A stretch of DNA of 59,949 bases, counting the filler, from Sphacelaria rigidula (Eukaryota), in assembly GCA_964200075.2 (NCBI GenBank). It is 7 parts of 7 records of this genome, joined end to end, with 100 filler letters (N's around TTAATTAATTAA, not from the genome) between each part and the next. Parts side by side here need not be neighbours in the genome. Positions count along the whole stretch, not along the records: positions 8,581 to 17,059 come from CAXNAA020011009.1; positions 17,160 to 25,638 come from CAXNAA020011010.1; 5 more parts are not named here. The stretch is one strand, 5' to 3'. Of this stretch, positions 12,872 to 23,850 are shown piece by piece. Under the pieces are notes generated by a model. It was given only the letters and a program-made list of their open reading frames with translations, was not told where the DNA came from and made no database searches. Made by a program: the position numbers and the translations under genes. Position 1 is the stretch's first letter, and each line of letters begins with the position of its first letter.

Positions 12872-13249
12872 CTGCACATACATACCGATAACAACAGTAA
12901 CATCAAAGTCGGATTCGTGTTTTATTTTTTTTCAACACTTTATACCCTTTACCTGGCCTTCCTCGCAATGAACCCGTGGTTTTAAGGAATCGCTCCATCC
13001 CTCTCTCCGCGGTACCTGCCTGTCAATTCATTTACCGAGCGGTAGACTAGCACTGCTGCAAGCCCGTCCACTCTTATCAAAACAAAAAAATCTATCGACT
13101 CACGTGCACAGCTGCTGAGTCGTGACTGCGAACTTCTCCCTCTGACCGAGAATATAAGCAAGATTTGGATTTCCAGCAATATAAGCAAGGTTTCTACGAT
13201 GTTGAGAGAAGGGTGCCATTTGGGCACGGTGGACGTCGGACAACTTTGG

Positions 13250-13480
13250 CATACGATCACATATCACATTGGAGAGCGAAAAAAATCCGCTCGATGGGGG
13301 GGGGAGCGGTGGTGCTACACCATCCCCTCATCGGGGAAATGGCGGAAATCTGGCGTGATTGTACCCAGCGACGTAATCCGTTGCTTGCTGCCGGCGAGCA
13401 GATAGCGAACCACCTCTTCTCTCTCCGAAACGTTGAATTTCTTGCGTTTCTGCCCCTGAGAGGCACTCTCAGCAGCGGAC
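13250..13480 (-). pseudogene. Possible N-terminal remnant of a Tc1/mariner-type transposase
   Basis: KRKKFNVSEREEVVRYLLAGSKQ resembles the N-terminal helix of plant/oomycete mariner transposases. No DDE core is visible. Confidence 0.35.
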
Positions 13481-14402
13481 ATGTCCCACCAGCAGATGGG
13501 AAGGCGTTTGACCGGAGCTTCAAAGTTGGGGTGGTGAAATCGGGCGCCGTCTGCTGGGGTGGAACACACTTTATTTATGTGGTTTGAAAAATACAGCAGT
13601 TATGCGCGCTGCGCGCCAGCGCGGCGGAACCAACGAAGAAAACTGTTCGCAAAAAAGAGTTCTGCACACCCGAGTTAGACCGCTTTTTGTCCAAATCTTG
13701 CTGATATTCTCGGTCAGAGGGAGTATTACAGAAGTCATTCTCCAGTGAATTTGTGTATGCCAATGCGAACCTTTGTGACGTGACTTCAATGTGCAAACGC
13801 TCCAGCAGGAAACATCCAAATATCTTCCATGTTCTGGTCCTGGATCTTAAATGTTCTTGTCCTTGATCGCTGCCTCCCCCCGCTCAAAAAAATAATAATA
13901 TACATATATAGTAAGCTCTGTCACAATAGGATAGAACTTCGGACTCCGACAACATCGGCGAATAGCCGAGACAATGAGAAGTCAAGGACACGAGACCCAA
14001 CCAAGATACTAGATGCGTCATTTTGAGCTTCGGCATCCAGAGAGGCTAGAACAATCATACACACGCAGTACCGCTACAAATCTGAGCACCCAACAGGGTG
14101 CAGCGTTGCACGCCGTAGCTCCGCAACTACTATTTCTCGCCGGTTATCCGAAACTTGAAACGCACACGATTCGATTGTGAGCACTTTTCCTGTGCATTGC
14201 TTGAGCATTTTTGTATCTTCGGCGTTTCCGCAGTCTCGTCTTCTGTGACAGGTATGCGGCGCCTATTGTGATGTGTAGGGATTGGTGGGTGACGACACAG
14301 TATAGGTAAAGTATTATGGGTCGCGATTGAAAAACTCGTACTTCGAGACGATCATCAAGGTATCAGCAGATACATGTATGGACTTCTTGTTTTTGGCTGT
14401 TT

Positions 14403-15078
14403 GGGTATGAGTGTGGTTTTCGCGCAAGATCTTTTACACCGAAGCGATGTTGAAGAGGCTGGCCATTTTTAGTTTTTTTTTCTTGTCCTTTTGTTCTGTT
14501 TTGTTCCTTCTTATTCTTTTCTTTCTTATTTTCTTAGACTACCCTGTACCACTGCTCTACCTCCCTGTTTTCTTCACTTGTATTCAGCAAGTGTGTTGTG
14601 TTGTTGTGTTGTTCCATTTATTCTGGGCGCCAGTCTGCACCAATCGGTAGATGTGGGCGCACCAGCCGGGGTCACACAGGTGGAAGGTCAACACAGGAGT
14701 TTTTTCTCTTTTGTTTTTAATACCCCTCCTTCCTTCTGCGGTGAGTGCCTTTACTCTTTATCGCGAGAGGGGTTCAGCAGTCCCTTTCCCTCGTCGACCG
14801 TTGAGTCGAATTTTGTGTACCCACGACATAGTCGCTCTCACCTGTTGGGCATGTTGTGAGGAAAAATCCTAGATCGCTCCAGGAATTGAACCCCCTTACG
14901 CAACCATCGGAAGGTTTCGAGGTTACCAACTGAGCCACCGGGGCGACCAAGGGTTTTTCTTTTTTTGTCTTACACATAATAATAAGAAGAAGAAATAATC
15001 TCGGGTACGTCAATAATGTGACCACGGCTGGATCTCTGAGGGATCAGCTGAGGTACGACAATCAAATAAATCAAATCA
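14403..15078 (+). mobile_element. (AATC)n-tailed retroposon, interrupted by SINE copy 3
   Basis: The 5' part matches 17322-17390; the 3' end GACCACGGCTGGATC...CGACAATCAAATAAATCAAATCA matches 17524-17584, 45146-45203 and 49218-49284 (-). Confidence 0.75.
14591..14948 (-). mobile_element. tRNA-derived SINE, copy 3 (most intact)
   Basis: Head GGTCGCCCCGGTGGCTCAGTTGGTAA...GGGTTCAATTCC with A and B boxes; (CACAA)-like tail. Confidence 0.88.
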
Positions 15079-15401
15079 TATAGAACTATCGATATCCCGA
15101 TAATTCAGATATAGATGCCGATAGACTTCATCATATCAGCTCAATCTTCTAGGTTATTACATACTACGTACGATTGTAGGAGATGACAGAGGACATGTCA
15201 GGGATACATTGACACCGTGATATATCAACATGATACCAGGCCAGATCTGGCGCCTCACACTGGATACGCACCCCCGTCTGATGGACTGGTTGGTTGATTG
15301 TTGCACATCAACTGATCCTCTATGAATGCAGCCGTAACCATGAACAGAATAAACAAACCGAAATTTGAATAAACGTGAAGGCTAGCTGGAGAAGACTCGA
15401 T

Positions 15402-15510
15402 AGGGGGGGGGAAGGATACCCATGATCTTGCATGCCGTAGTCATTAGAATATTGACCTCGCATCCCTATAAAGCCGGGACGGAGCACACCGTGTTTTCGC
15501 CGGACCAGGC
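15402..15510 (-). mobile_element. Short chimeric element: TAGCCT-family end fused to a variant of the C-tailed LINE 3' end; second copy at 16995-17059
   Basis: G tract, then ATACCCATGATCTTGCATGCCGTAGTCATTAGAATATTGACCTCGCATCCCT (aligns with the LINE end), then ATAAAGCCGGGACGGAGCAC...CCAGGCT. Confidence 0.7.
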
Positions 15511-15973
15511 TCGCAATCACCAGCGCGAAGCGCAGTGATGTGTTTGGCGGGTAGAGTGGAGGGTGCGCTGCATCCTGCTAAGATTGCTCGGCCTGAAGCG
15601 TACTGGTTATCTTGCATAGGGATGACAGCCTCTAATGAGTGACTTTCCCAGTACAAGTACATCCTCTTTACTTCAGTCTTCCTCCAGCGAGTTTCCTTCC
15701 GTGCGCTCCACTCGCCGTTTGGGTACGGTACAGTGCCTCCTCTCTGATGATCATACCCAAATGTGATCACCATCGGACCAGATCAAAATGCGGGACAAAT
15801 ATACCATTTGACCAATCATCGATCATCAAGCAATCAGACAATCAGACAAACCAGTCGATCAGTTATCTCGTTATTCACTATTTACAGACGTGACCTACTT
15901 TTGAGACGTGACCTACTTATGGGACATGAGTACCCCCCTTCCCCACCCTCACTTCCCCCCACTCCCTTCTTGC

Positions 15974-16084
15974 CTTCAGGACCCCAATGAGGCCGGTATC
16001 AACGAGCGCTTTGAATCCGACAACACTGTCCACCAACACGCGCATATCCGGACCAGCGGCACCGGCTTTTAACTTCTTCATGAT
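15974..16084 (-). CDS. PfkB-family kinase, upstream internal exon (IMKKLKAGAAGPDMRVLVDSVVGFKALVDTGLIGVLK)
   Basis: Pyrimidine tract plus CCAG acceptor, 111 nt open in phase 0, GC donor AAG|GCAAG. The VLVD strand and terminal LK complete the LKVNAEE motif. Not in the ORF track. Confidence 0.75.
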
Positions 16085-16130
16085 CTGGAGATTCGGACGG
16101 ACAGACGGAGAGAGGAGGGGGGAGGGGGGG

Positions 16131-16370
16131 CGTACTCATTTGTTGCTTGCCTTAGTCATTTGACCATTGACCACGCATCCCTTTCGAGACGGAGCACCGT
16201 TCTTAATCCTAACAGACATCTCCAACATATGGGCGCTCAATGTGTTTCTTTCATACATGACACAAAGATCTTCCACATATCTTATCCCCTCCCTGTTTCG
16301 CCGTCTGTGGTCACCCTCTATACCTTAGTATAGCGACCGTTTTCTCGCTACTGTCTAATGTACCACACGA
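16131..16370 (-). mobile_element. 5'-truncated copy of the C-tailed LINE (240 bp)
   Basis: Reverse-complement homology to ~8200-8439; abuts the G tract at 16117-16130. Confidence 0.9.
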
Positions 16371-16656
16371 GGGAAGGTGGGATACACCAGAACAGACTGA
16401 CGTACCGGTCACTGCTTTCAGTTTCCCCTATACTCTGTAGCGTCGCTCTTGCTCCTCTGTTCGTCTATCTTGCCATGAAACTGTTACAGAACTGATCACC
16501 AATCTCACCATAAAAACTGCCACCGATTTTCAACTCGACACTATTCCACGGAGAGAGAGATGCTTCAATAATTATCTAGTGCACAACGTATTGACAATTC
16601 TCCACACGACACCTATTTTTTCTCGCACAAAATACCGGGGGGGGGAGGGGAAGGGG

Positions 16657-16707
16657 CGTACTCATTTGTTGTTCGTTGTTTACCTTAGTCGTTTGATCAT
16701 TGACCAC
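16657..16707 (-). mobile_element. C-tailed LINE 3' fragment with 15-bp TSD
   Basis: CACAAAATACCGGGG at 16626-16640 and again at 16705-16719. Confidence 0.88.
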
Positions 16708-16717
16708 AAAATACCGG

Positions 16718-16830
16718 GGAGAGATGGATCGATCCCTTGAGACCACGGATTCGTGCCGAGAAAGGGAAGGGGATCAAAGTGCGAAGAATAAATACATAAA
16801 TAAATGAATAAAAATATAATAACAAACAAA
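16718..16830 (+). repeat. Dispersed repeat GAGATGG..CGA.CCC...GACCACGGA(T/C)TC...AAGG..AGGGG followed by an A-rich tail; copies at ~26778-26860 and ~27160-27245
   Basis: Three homologous copies on two contigs, each followed by an A-rich run. Confidence 0.65.
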
Positions 16831-16950
16831 CACTACTATGACTTCACCAGCCTCTCCCTCACAACATGATGCTTTGGATAATGACCATGGTTCCGCAAAC
16901 TACTCTCGTAATCAACCCTTATCCTGTATGGTCGTGAAGGGGTGGGGGGA

Positions 16951-16990
16951 CGTACTCAGTTGTTGCTTGCCTTAGTCGTTTGACCATTGA
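16951..16990 (-). mobile_element. C-tailed LINE 3' fragment (40 bp)
   Basis: Flanked by GAAGGGGTGGGGGG and GAAAGGGTGGGGGG (imperfect TSD). Confidence 0.85.
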
Positions 16991-17159
16991 AAGGGTGGGG
17001 GGGGTGTACTCATGATCATGCATGCCATAGTCATCAGACCATTGACCTCGCATCCCTACNNNNNNNNNNNNNNNNNNNNNNNNNNNNNNNNNNNNNNNNN
17101 NNNTTAATTAATTAANNNNNNNNNNNNNNNNNNNNNNNNNNNNNNNNNNNNNNNNNNNN

Positions 17160-17190
17160 AAAATACCCCCCCCCTATCGTAGGATGACTC
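17160..17190. mobile_element. Right TIR of MITE family B (AAATAC-C tract-TATCGTAGGATGACTC); also at 34372-34405
   Basis: Matches the termini of the complete copy at 40415-40745. Confidence 0.75.
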
Positions 17191-17321
17191 CTTGCATGCT
17201 TCGGGAGCGCATATACATTGTTTCCATCGTATTCTCGAGGCTTCATACCCCAAACAGTACGGTCGTAGTAGGTGAGTCACGGTCTTTTCCCACGGCCTTT
17301 TGTTTCCTACGAATGAGTACG

Positions 17322-17584
17322 AGTATGAGGGTGGTTCTGCGTAAGACCTTTTAAACCGAGGCCATGTGGCAGAGGTCAGCCATCTTTTCTATCATGTATG
17401 TATTCATTTCCCCCCCTTTTTTGTTGTTGTCTACGCTGTTGTTTTGTTCTACCTTTCCTATTTCGATTTTTTGTCTTCAGCGAGTTTTCCAGGTTTGTTT
17501 TTTCTCGGGCTTGTCTATTATGGGACCACGACTGGATCCCCGGGGGCCAGTAGAAGTGAGACAACCAATCAACCAAACCAATCA
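17322..17584 (+). mobile_element. (AATC)n-tailed retroposon copy
   Basis: Homologous to 14403-15078; ends ACAACCAATCAACCAAACCAATCA. Confidence 0.75.
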
Positions 17585-18068
17585 TTTTTCGCCACAAGAC
17601 CGCACCCCGTACAGACTTCGACGATGGTCGTCATCATCTTCGCCAGTTTTGGTTGAGATCGCGAGACGATTCCAGCGTCGTAAGCGTGAAGCATGGCCCA
17701 GAGCACTTTAACAGGGGTGTGGTCGACGGTCAAACAACTAAGGCAAGCAACAAATGAGTACGCCCCACCCCCCCCGAAAATAATCGAAGGCACTTGCGGA
17801 CGGTACTTCCCTCGGGGTTTTGTCGCGTACTGGCTAGCCGCCTCAAACCTCATTTCATTGATCAACCTCATTTTTTAGAATCCCCTGTTCTTTGCTAAGC
17901 CCATCCTTGGCTCTCCCGCCCCTTTTGGGGATGCGAATGAAGTCCTTCGCCATCGCTTCATTGATCGACAAGCGATCGAACGTCTCCGTCAGTGCCGCCG
18001 CGAAGACGATGCTGAACAAACCGGGGGAAAGCACACAGCCTTGGTTGGCGGAGGGCTTAGTTAACGTC
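17585..18068 (-). pseudogene. RTE-clade LINE reverse transcriptase remnant (continues at 23851-23955)
   Basis: QGCVLSPGLFSIVFAA and WAMLHAYDAGIVSRS (degenerate YADD). The upstream part GTPAKMMFIIHQFHDGIRTCV lies on the far side of the gypsy element. It is also interrupted by a C-tailed LINE fragment at 17714-17775. Confidence 0.85.
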
Positions 18069-21000
18069 CATATCCTCTGCCAGACGAGTAAGAGAACTTT
18101 CAACGAGGGACTCCTCCAGCATCACTGGCCTCGTGCTCGACAAGTCCTTTCTTCTCACTTGTTATTTTCACAGAGTGATCCTCAACAGATCACATCACGA
18201 GCCAGACATCAAGGGGTCACACAGAAAAGGGCCATCAATCCAGGATCCCCTGTTTCCTGCCACTGCTCCAACTATGCATGCGATTATACTGAAACCTACG
18301 GCTTGGTATCATTTGGCTACAGCACCCTCAGAGCGAGTTCAAGACAAACGAACGAGCTTGACAAACGCCAAAAACCAAGGCGAAATCGCATGCGCCAATC
18401 ACAAAGAAATACCATACTCTGACGCTAACTTACTTGTCAGCGCCCGAGTCAACCGCAGTCTACGCAGTTCCTTCAAAACAAATTGAGGTGCAGAAGAATG
18501 GATCTTGCGAAGAGACTCCCACGTACATTCTTCAGCATCGAATCCATCCCAATCGACCAAAAGAATGACATCACCACCGTCATCCTCAGCGACGTGCACC
18601 AAAGCATTCATCCGACATTCATCTTGAGCATACGAGTACTGAGATAGATCTTTCAGTTCCGAGTGATCTGCAACGGCGAGTCAGTATAGAAACGCAAACG
18701 AGCGACATGGGCCGAGTGCACGGCGCCAGAAACAATCTTCTGCACCGAATACACGTGAGCGTGATCAGCTCCGACCACTCGCTACGGACCTGTCCACGTG
18801 TACATCAACTTTGGCGTCACACCTTGCCTATGAACACGGGCATACAGTGCAAAATCTCCAACTGCAAACTTGGGCAACACAGCTTGGCCCTGAGTAACCT
18901 TGCGTTTGGTTTCGCGAGACACCGCGACCGCAGCTTGAATTTTCGTTTCAAAACCGCACTTGCTTGTCACCCACGCCTCGAACCTTGTCGCGCAACGTTT
19001 CAGCATCCATGACATCGACGTTCCATTCGCCGCCAGTGACAGAAACCAGCGCGGAAAACGCTGTACGCGGCGTACGCCGAAACATCACACAATACGAAAC
19101 ATCACACAATACGGAGTGTTGCGTTAGTGTTCACGAAAAGAAATATTCAACGCCCACTGAGCAGCTGGTAGAACATCAATCCATTCAGACACCGGCCGCA
19201 GGGGATCCTGGATTGGTGGCCCTCATCTGTGTGGCCCCTTGCTGCTGGCTCGTGATGTGGTGACTTGTCGAGCACGAGGTCAGTGATACTGGAGGAGCCC
19301 CTCGTTGAAAGTCCTTTCGTTCAGACCGTCTGGCAGAGGCTAGATGTTGCACCTTGAGCGCGTCGCTCAGCTGCGCGATCAATCGATTTTTGAAGTGCGT
19401 GGTGGTATCACGAACCCACACACGCGGCACCCCCGAAGTCTTGCACCGATGGAGCAAGTGCTTAGCCGTAACCTCGGCGATGCAAGCCTCGGTCGGCTCG
19501 AACCAAATAAAATTGAAAAAATCATCCATGATAATCAAAACGTATCGAAAATCATCCTCATCGGGCAAAGACTAGCACCTTGAGGTCCGCTACTTCCGAC
19601 GTACAGAAAATCAAAGTGAACAACTTCACCTGGCGCAGTACCATGTATCGCCATAAGGACGAGATACAATCGTGCCGGCACGAGTGTCTACACAATACAA
19701 ACACTGGCGAACGAGCTCGCGAACGTGGGACTCCATGTGAGGCCACACACAATATTCTTCTAAACGGAACAGAGTCGGCGTCACACCACGGTGACCAGCC
19801 GACCGCATGTGAGCGCACAGCATCAAGCGAGTTTGTAGAGTCTTATCATCTGACGGAATCCACAAAACATCACTACTGCCAACCAACACACACGCGAAAC
19901 AAACCATCGTCAGCCAAGGCAGCTTGACCGAAAGTCTTAAGCAAAGAATAAACACCGTCGCCGACTGTTTTGCGCTGCGCGGTACGAATGACATCTACGA
20001 GGGCAGCGAATCATCGGCATCACACGGGCTGTACACGGCAACATAACGAACAGGCACGGTACGAACCTTCACCCAGCAAGACAACAAATCTCCCCAACAG
20101 TTGCGCTCTCCAGGAATGTGTTCAATGGCAAATCGATATTGGCCGAGCACACTTTTGCAATTTTCAAGCCGTTGTGCCATGGCCTTCGTCACCGATATGA
20201 CACACTCTCCGGGATCAAAAATGTATTTTAGATTGCGATGATCGGTGAAAATACGAACGCCACCCCAAAGCCAGTACTCTAGCCTTTGAAATGTGTTGAC
20301 TATCGCGAAACCTTATTTGTTCACCGTCACCCACCGCAACTAACTGTGTACCCTTGAAGCTACCACTCAAAGTGTGAGATGTTTTCAAGCGCGATGCCAC
20401 TACTAAACGCGGCGACGGGCACTTGTGTTAAAAAACTGCCCCAGTGGAAATCCGAAGCGTCTGGAATCATCAGAACAATGCACGCTGAACGAAGATGATA
20501 CAGCGGCACCGCTTGCGCCACCAGATCTTGCGCAGCACGCCATCTCCGCACACGATCCTCCGTTCAAGCGCCCTACGGGATGATACGATTACGCGCCACC
20601 GGCTTGGTCCGACGCGAAGCCCCGACCATAAGTTGTTTTAATAATCACGAAGTGGCGCAACTACTTTCGCCATGCGCGGAAGCGAAGTCCGCGACCAATT
20701 CACCCCTTGCAGAAACTGCATTAACTCACTAGCGGTTTGAGGACGTCGCATATTGCTCATACCTTGGATGCGGACGGGATCATGCGAAACAGTACCCTTG
20801 GAGTACACCTCACCCCACCAAAGCACTTCGCGGGCAAAAAAGGTGTGCTTATGCGCGGCGACGAACAGACCAACACTCTCCAAGCGGCCAAGAATTTCGT
20901 CAAGCAAAGCTAACAATACTTCTTCGGTTTCAGCAAAATAGAAAACGTCATCCATCCACACTTTACAGTTTAGACCTCGCAAGATGTCAGTCAGCACACC

Positions 21001-23850
21001 TTGGAAATGCACCGTGGTGTTCAACACGCCCTGCGGGACACGAGTATAGGCGTAAACAAATCGTCAGGCGTGACGATCGTGAAGATTTCCTGAGCCTTCG
21101 GCGCCAGTAGCAGGTCCAACTTGCCAAAGCATTGGACTCTTAGTACTCCCGCATGTCTTCTTGGCTTGGTATCACCCCCGGAGATTGTTCCACTTGCGCG
21201 TTCACCGCCTGATAGTCGCTAACCAAACGGAATGTGTCCATCTTTGGCACCGCCATCGCCGGACTCGCCTACACAGCCTGGATGTTCCTAACCACTACAC
21301 CAAAAGCCACCAAAGCTGCGAGGCATGAAGCAAATCACCCGGTCTTCACCGGATCGTAACGGCGAGGCCTGGCCTTCACAGCCTTCGCCTGTGGCTTGAG
21401 CTGCACCCTCATTGGCTCCACGCGCGGTGGTGGATCACCACGCAGCGCACGACGAAATGTATCCACGCGACGAGCCAGAATACCATGCAGACGATATGCG
21501 CCATCAGTATTCAGGCCCTTCTGCTCGGCCTGCTGCACGCTATCCTCAAGCGCACGTTCTTTTACACCTCTCTCCTCCGCAGGGTCGATAAACATGTCGG
21601 GCCCCTGATCCACCAAGCGCTCCATCGCTTCATCGGCAGGAGCCTCCTCCTCATTGGCGCTCTGGAATGACCGTATGGACACGATCGCACGCCTGACAGC
21701 AAGGTAACTGGGGTTTTCCACGCTGGTTTGTACCGGCACAGCACGCGGGCGTAACTTATCCAACGCCAGCGGGTACAAATCAATCACGAGCTCCTTCATC
21801 GTCGTCATCCCAAACAGAATCACGTTGTCCCTACCGAGCATTACTGCGAGCGTGATGAGCTGCAACTCCACCGTCCCCCACGGCGTGCGCACGCTAACAG
21901 CAACCGGCATGGTTTGATGTGTAACCGTCACGGGAGCACCCGTGGCGGTCTGTGCCGTTTGCGGTCCATTTCCGAACGGAATCTGCAGCTGAGCGCCGCC
22001 AAACTGCGAAGACATTTGTTCTAGCAACCCCACACCGATCGACGTGAGCGCGGACCCAGAATCCAAAATAACGCGGGCCATGAATGAACCTACAGAACCA
22101 GGCAAGAAAACATCTGCGCGTGAATATTCAGCCTTGCGATTGACAGGTACCACGCCTGCCGATGAACCCTGGTCGGTACCAAGAGTCACCTGACGCCAGG
22201 GCTGCCCTCCAGCACTTGATATCGATAACTGAGAATCGACGGTCCACCCAGACCACGTCGCCGAATGTGCAGACGGCGCTGTCACAGCCGTCGAAGCAGT
22301 AGGAGATGCACCAGACACGGATCCTGCCTGACCGAGGGGTTGCAAACTATTCGCTCCAGCACTCCCCACCGAAGTATTTGCATTTCCCACGTACACTGTA
22401 CGCCCCGACACGGACGAACCATAAGATCCAGAGTCACCACCTGATGACGTAGTGGAAGAAACAGAAGCGGAGGAACCACCATCGGCCGCCGATTGATTGC
22501 TACCGCGGCCGTCGCCCCCGCGTCCATGGTTGGCACGGCCCCGTCGACCGTGACGACCGCCTCGAGATTCTGGTGAATCTCGCGCACTGCCCTGAGCAGC
22601 GCCCTGAGCGCGAGGTTTAAGGCAGTCCTTAATCAGGTGTCCGCTGTCGCCGCAGTTGTAACATGCGCGTGTGGACGACGCTCGCAAAGACGGCTACTGT
22701 TTCTGTTTCTGTTGCTGTTTGCGGCGCGCACCACCTGCATTTTCCGCAGAACCCCGCAGGCCATGCGCCTCGATGGATTTCCAGTGGTCGGCGGCATCAA
22801 ATATTTTGTTGAGCACCACCGTCGGATTATTTTCCCATCCGTCTACATACGTTAGTACGCTTCTCAAATACGCCTTGAATTCCGGAGGCGAAATCCCATC
22901 CACCAAAGCTGTTGAAACCGACTCGGTTGGGCCTGGCAACGAGCTCCTGTCCTCCGCACGGTACATGGCTTGCACCGTCAGGTTTTCTGCGAAACACTTT
23001 TTCATCCATGAATTGACCATCAATGCACGATCCTTGACGGATGTTCCACCGGTCTGTGACATAGTAAGAAGTCGACGTAGGTCTGCTGCAGCCCGCGCAG
23101 TGTCATGCTTGCCGCCGGTTTTTGTGTACCCGGCATGCTGTTTCACACATCTAGCAATTCGTCGGGGGTCATAGCCCGACGGTCGTTGTACATGCCTTCA
23201 AAGCAACGGTGAAAGTAGGCCGGCATAAGTTGTCCGATGCTCACCATGGCATGCTGTATGACTCCTTGTGCATTTGCCAAATACAACCTCTCTTAGTAGT
23301 CGAGATACTTGGCGTAGAAAACTCGTGATGCGTCCTCTGTCCACACTTCGCCATATTGTGGCGGGTCTAGCGGCTCACCCAACACCAGTGGCGCTGCCGC
23401 CGCTTGAGCCATGCCGTCTAGGATTCACCATTCACGGAGAGACGCTTGCCTGACTTGCGTGTACATCAGCCCACGGAGCGTCCTCCACTGCTGTGCGCTT
23501 CAAGTTGTCTTCTTTCGACTGCGGACCAAACTGGCTTCCAGCTGCAGCCCCTCTCTTTAGCCGAACTCCCCCAACAGAGTGCTGAAAAGAAATATCTATG
23601 CATTATAGCCTCTGCCAGACGATCTGGACACGAGGACTTTCAACGAGGGACTCCTGCAGTATCACTGGCCTCGTGCTCGACAAGTCCTTTCTTCTAACTT
23701 GTCATTTTCACGGAGTGATCCTCAACAGATCAAACCACGAGCCAGATGGTAAGGGGCCACACAGAAAAGGGCCATCAATCCAAGATTCCCTGTCCCCTGC
23801 CCATGCATGCGATTGTACTGAAACCTACGGCTTGGTATCATTTGGCTAAA
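18069..23850 (-). mobile_element. Ty3/gypsy chromovirus-type LTR retrotransposon, two LTRs, degenerate
   Basis: LTRs at 18069-18321 and 23604-23850, with CGTC on both flanks. Gag ~22690-23350, CCHC knuckle CYNCGDSGHLIKDC, protease ILDSGS, RT WMDDVF, RNase H DASDFHWG, integrase HHCC and core, chromodomain LLVDWDGFDAEECTWE (18399-18611). Multiple stops and frameshifts. Confidence 0.95.
19122..19344 (+). mobile_element. Solo LTR of a related gypsy subfamily, inverted, inside the integrase
   Basis: Its reverse complement aligns with the flanking LTRs (AGCCTCTGCCAGACG...GACTTTCAACGAGGG...CTCGTGCTCGACAAGTC). TSD TGTTG at 19117-19121 and 19345-19349. Confidence 0.85.

Noticed and set aside
14870-14948. 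tRNA gene
   Set aside because: A and B boxes are present, but the anticodon arm differs between copies and each is attached to the same ~280-bp body and tail. It is a SINE head.
23580-23603. tRNA primer-binding site or self-priming signal of the chromovirus
   Set aside because: There is no TGG-starting PBS next to the 5' LTR, and complementarity to the LTR is limited to a 6-nt palindrome. Insufficient to call either mechanism.
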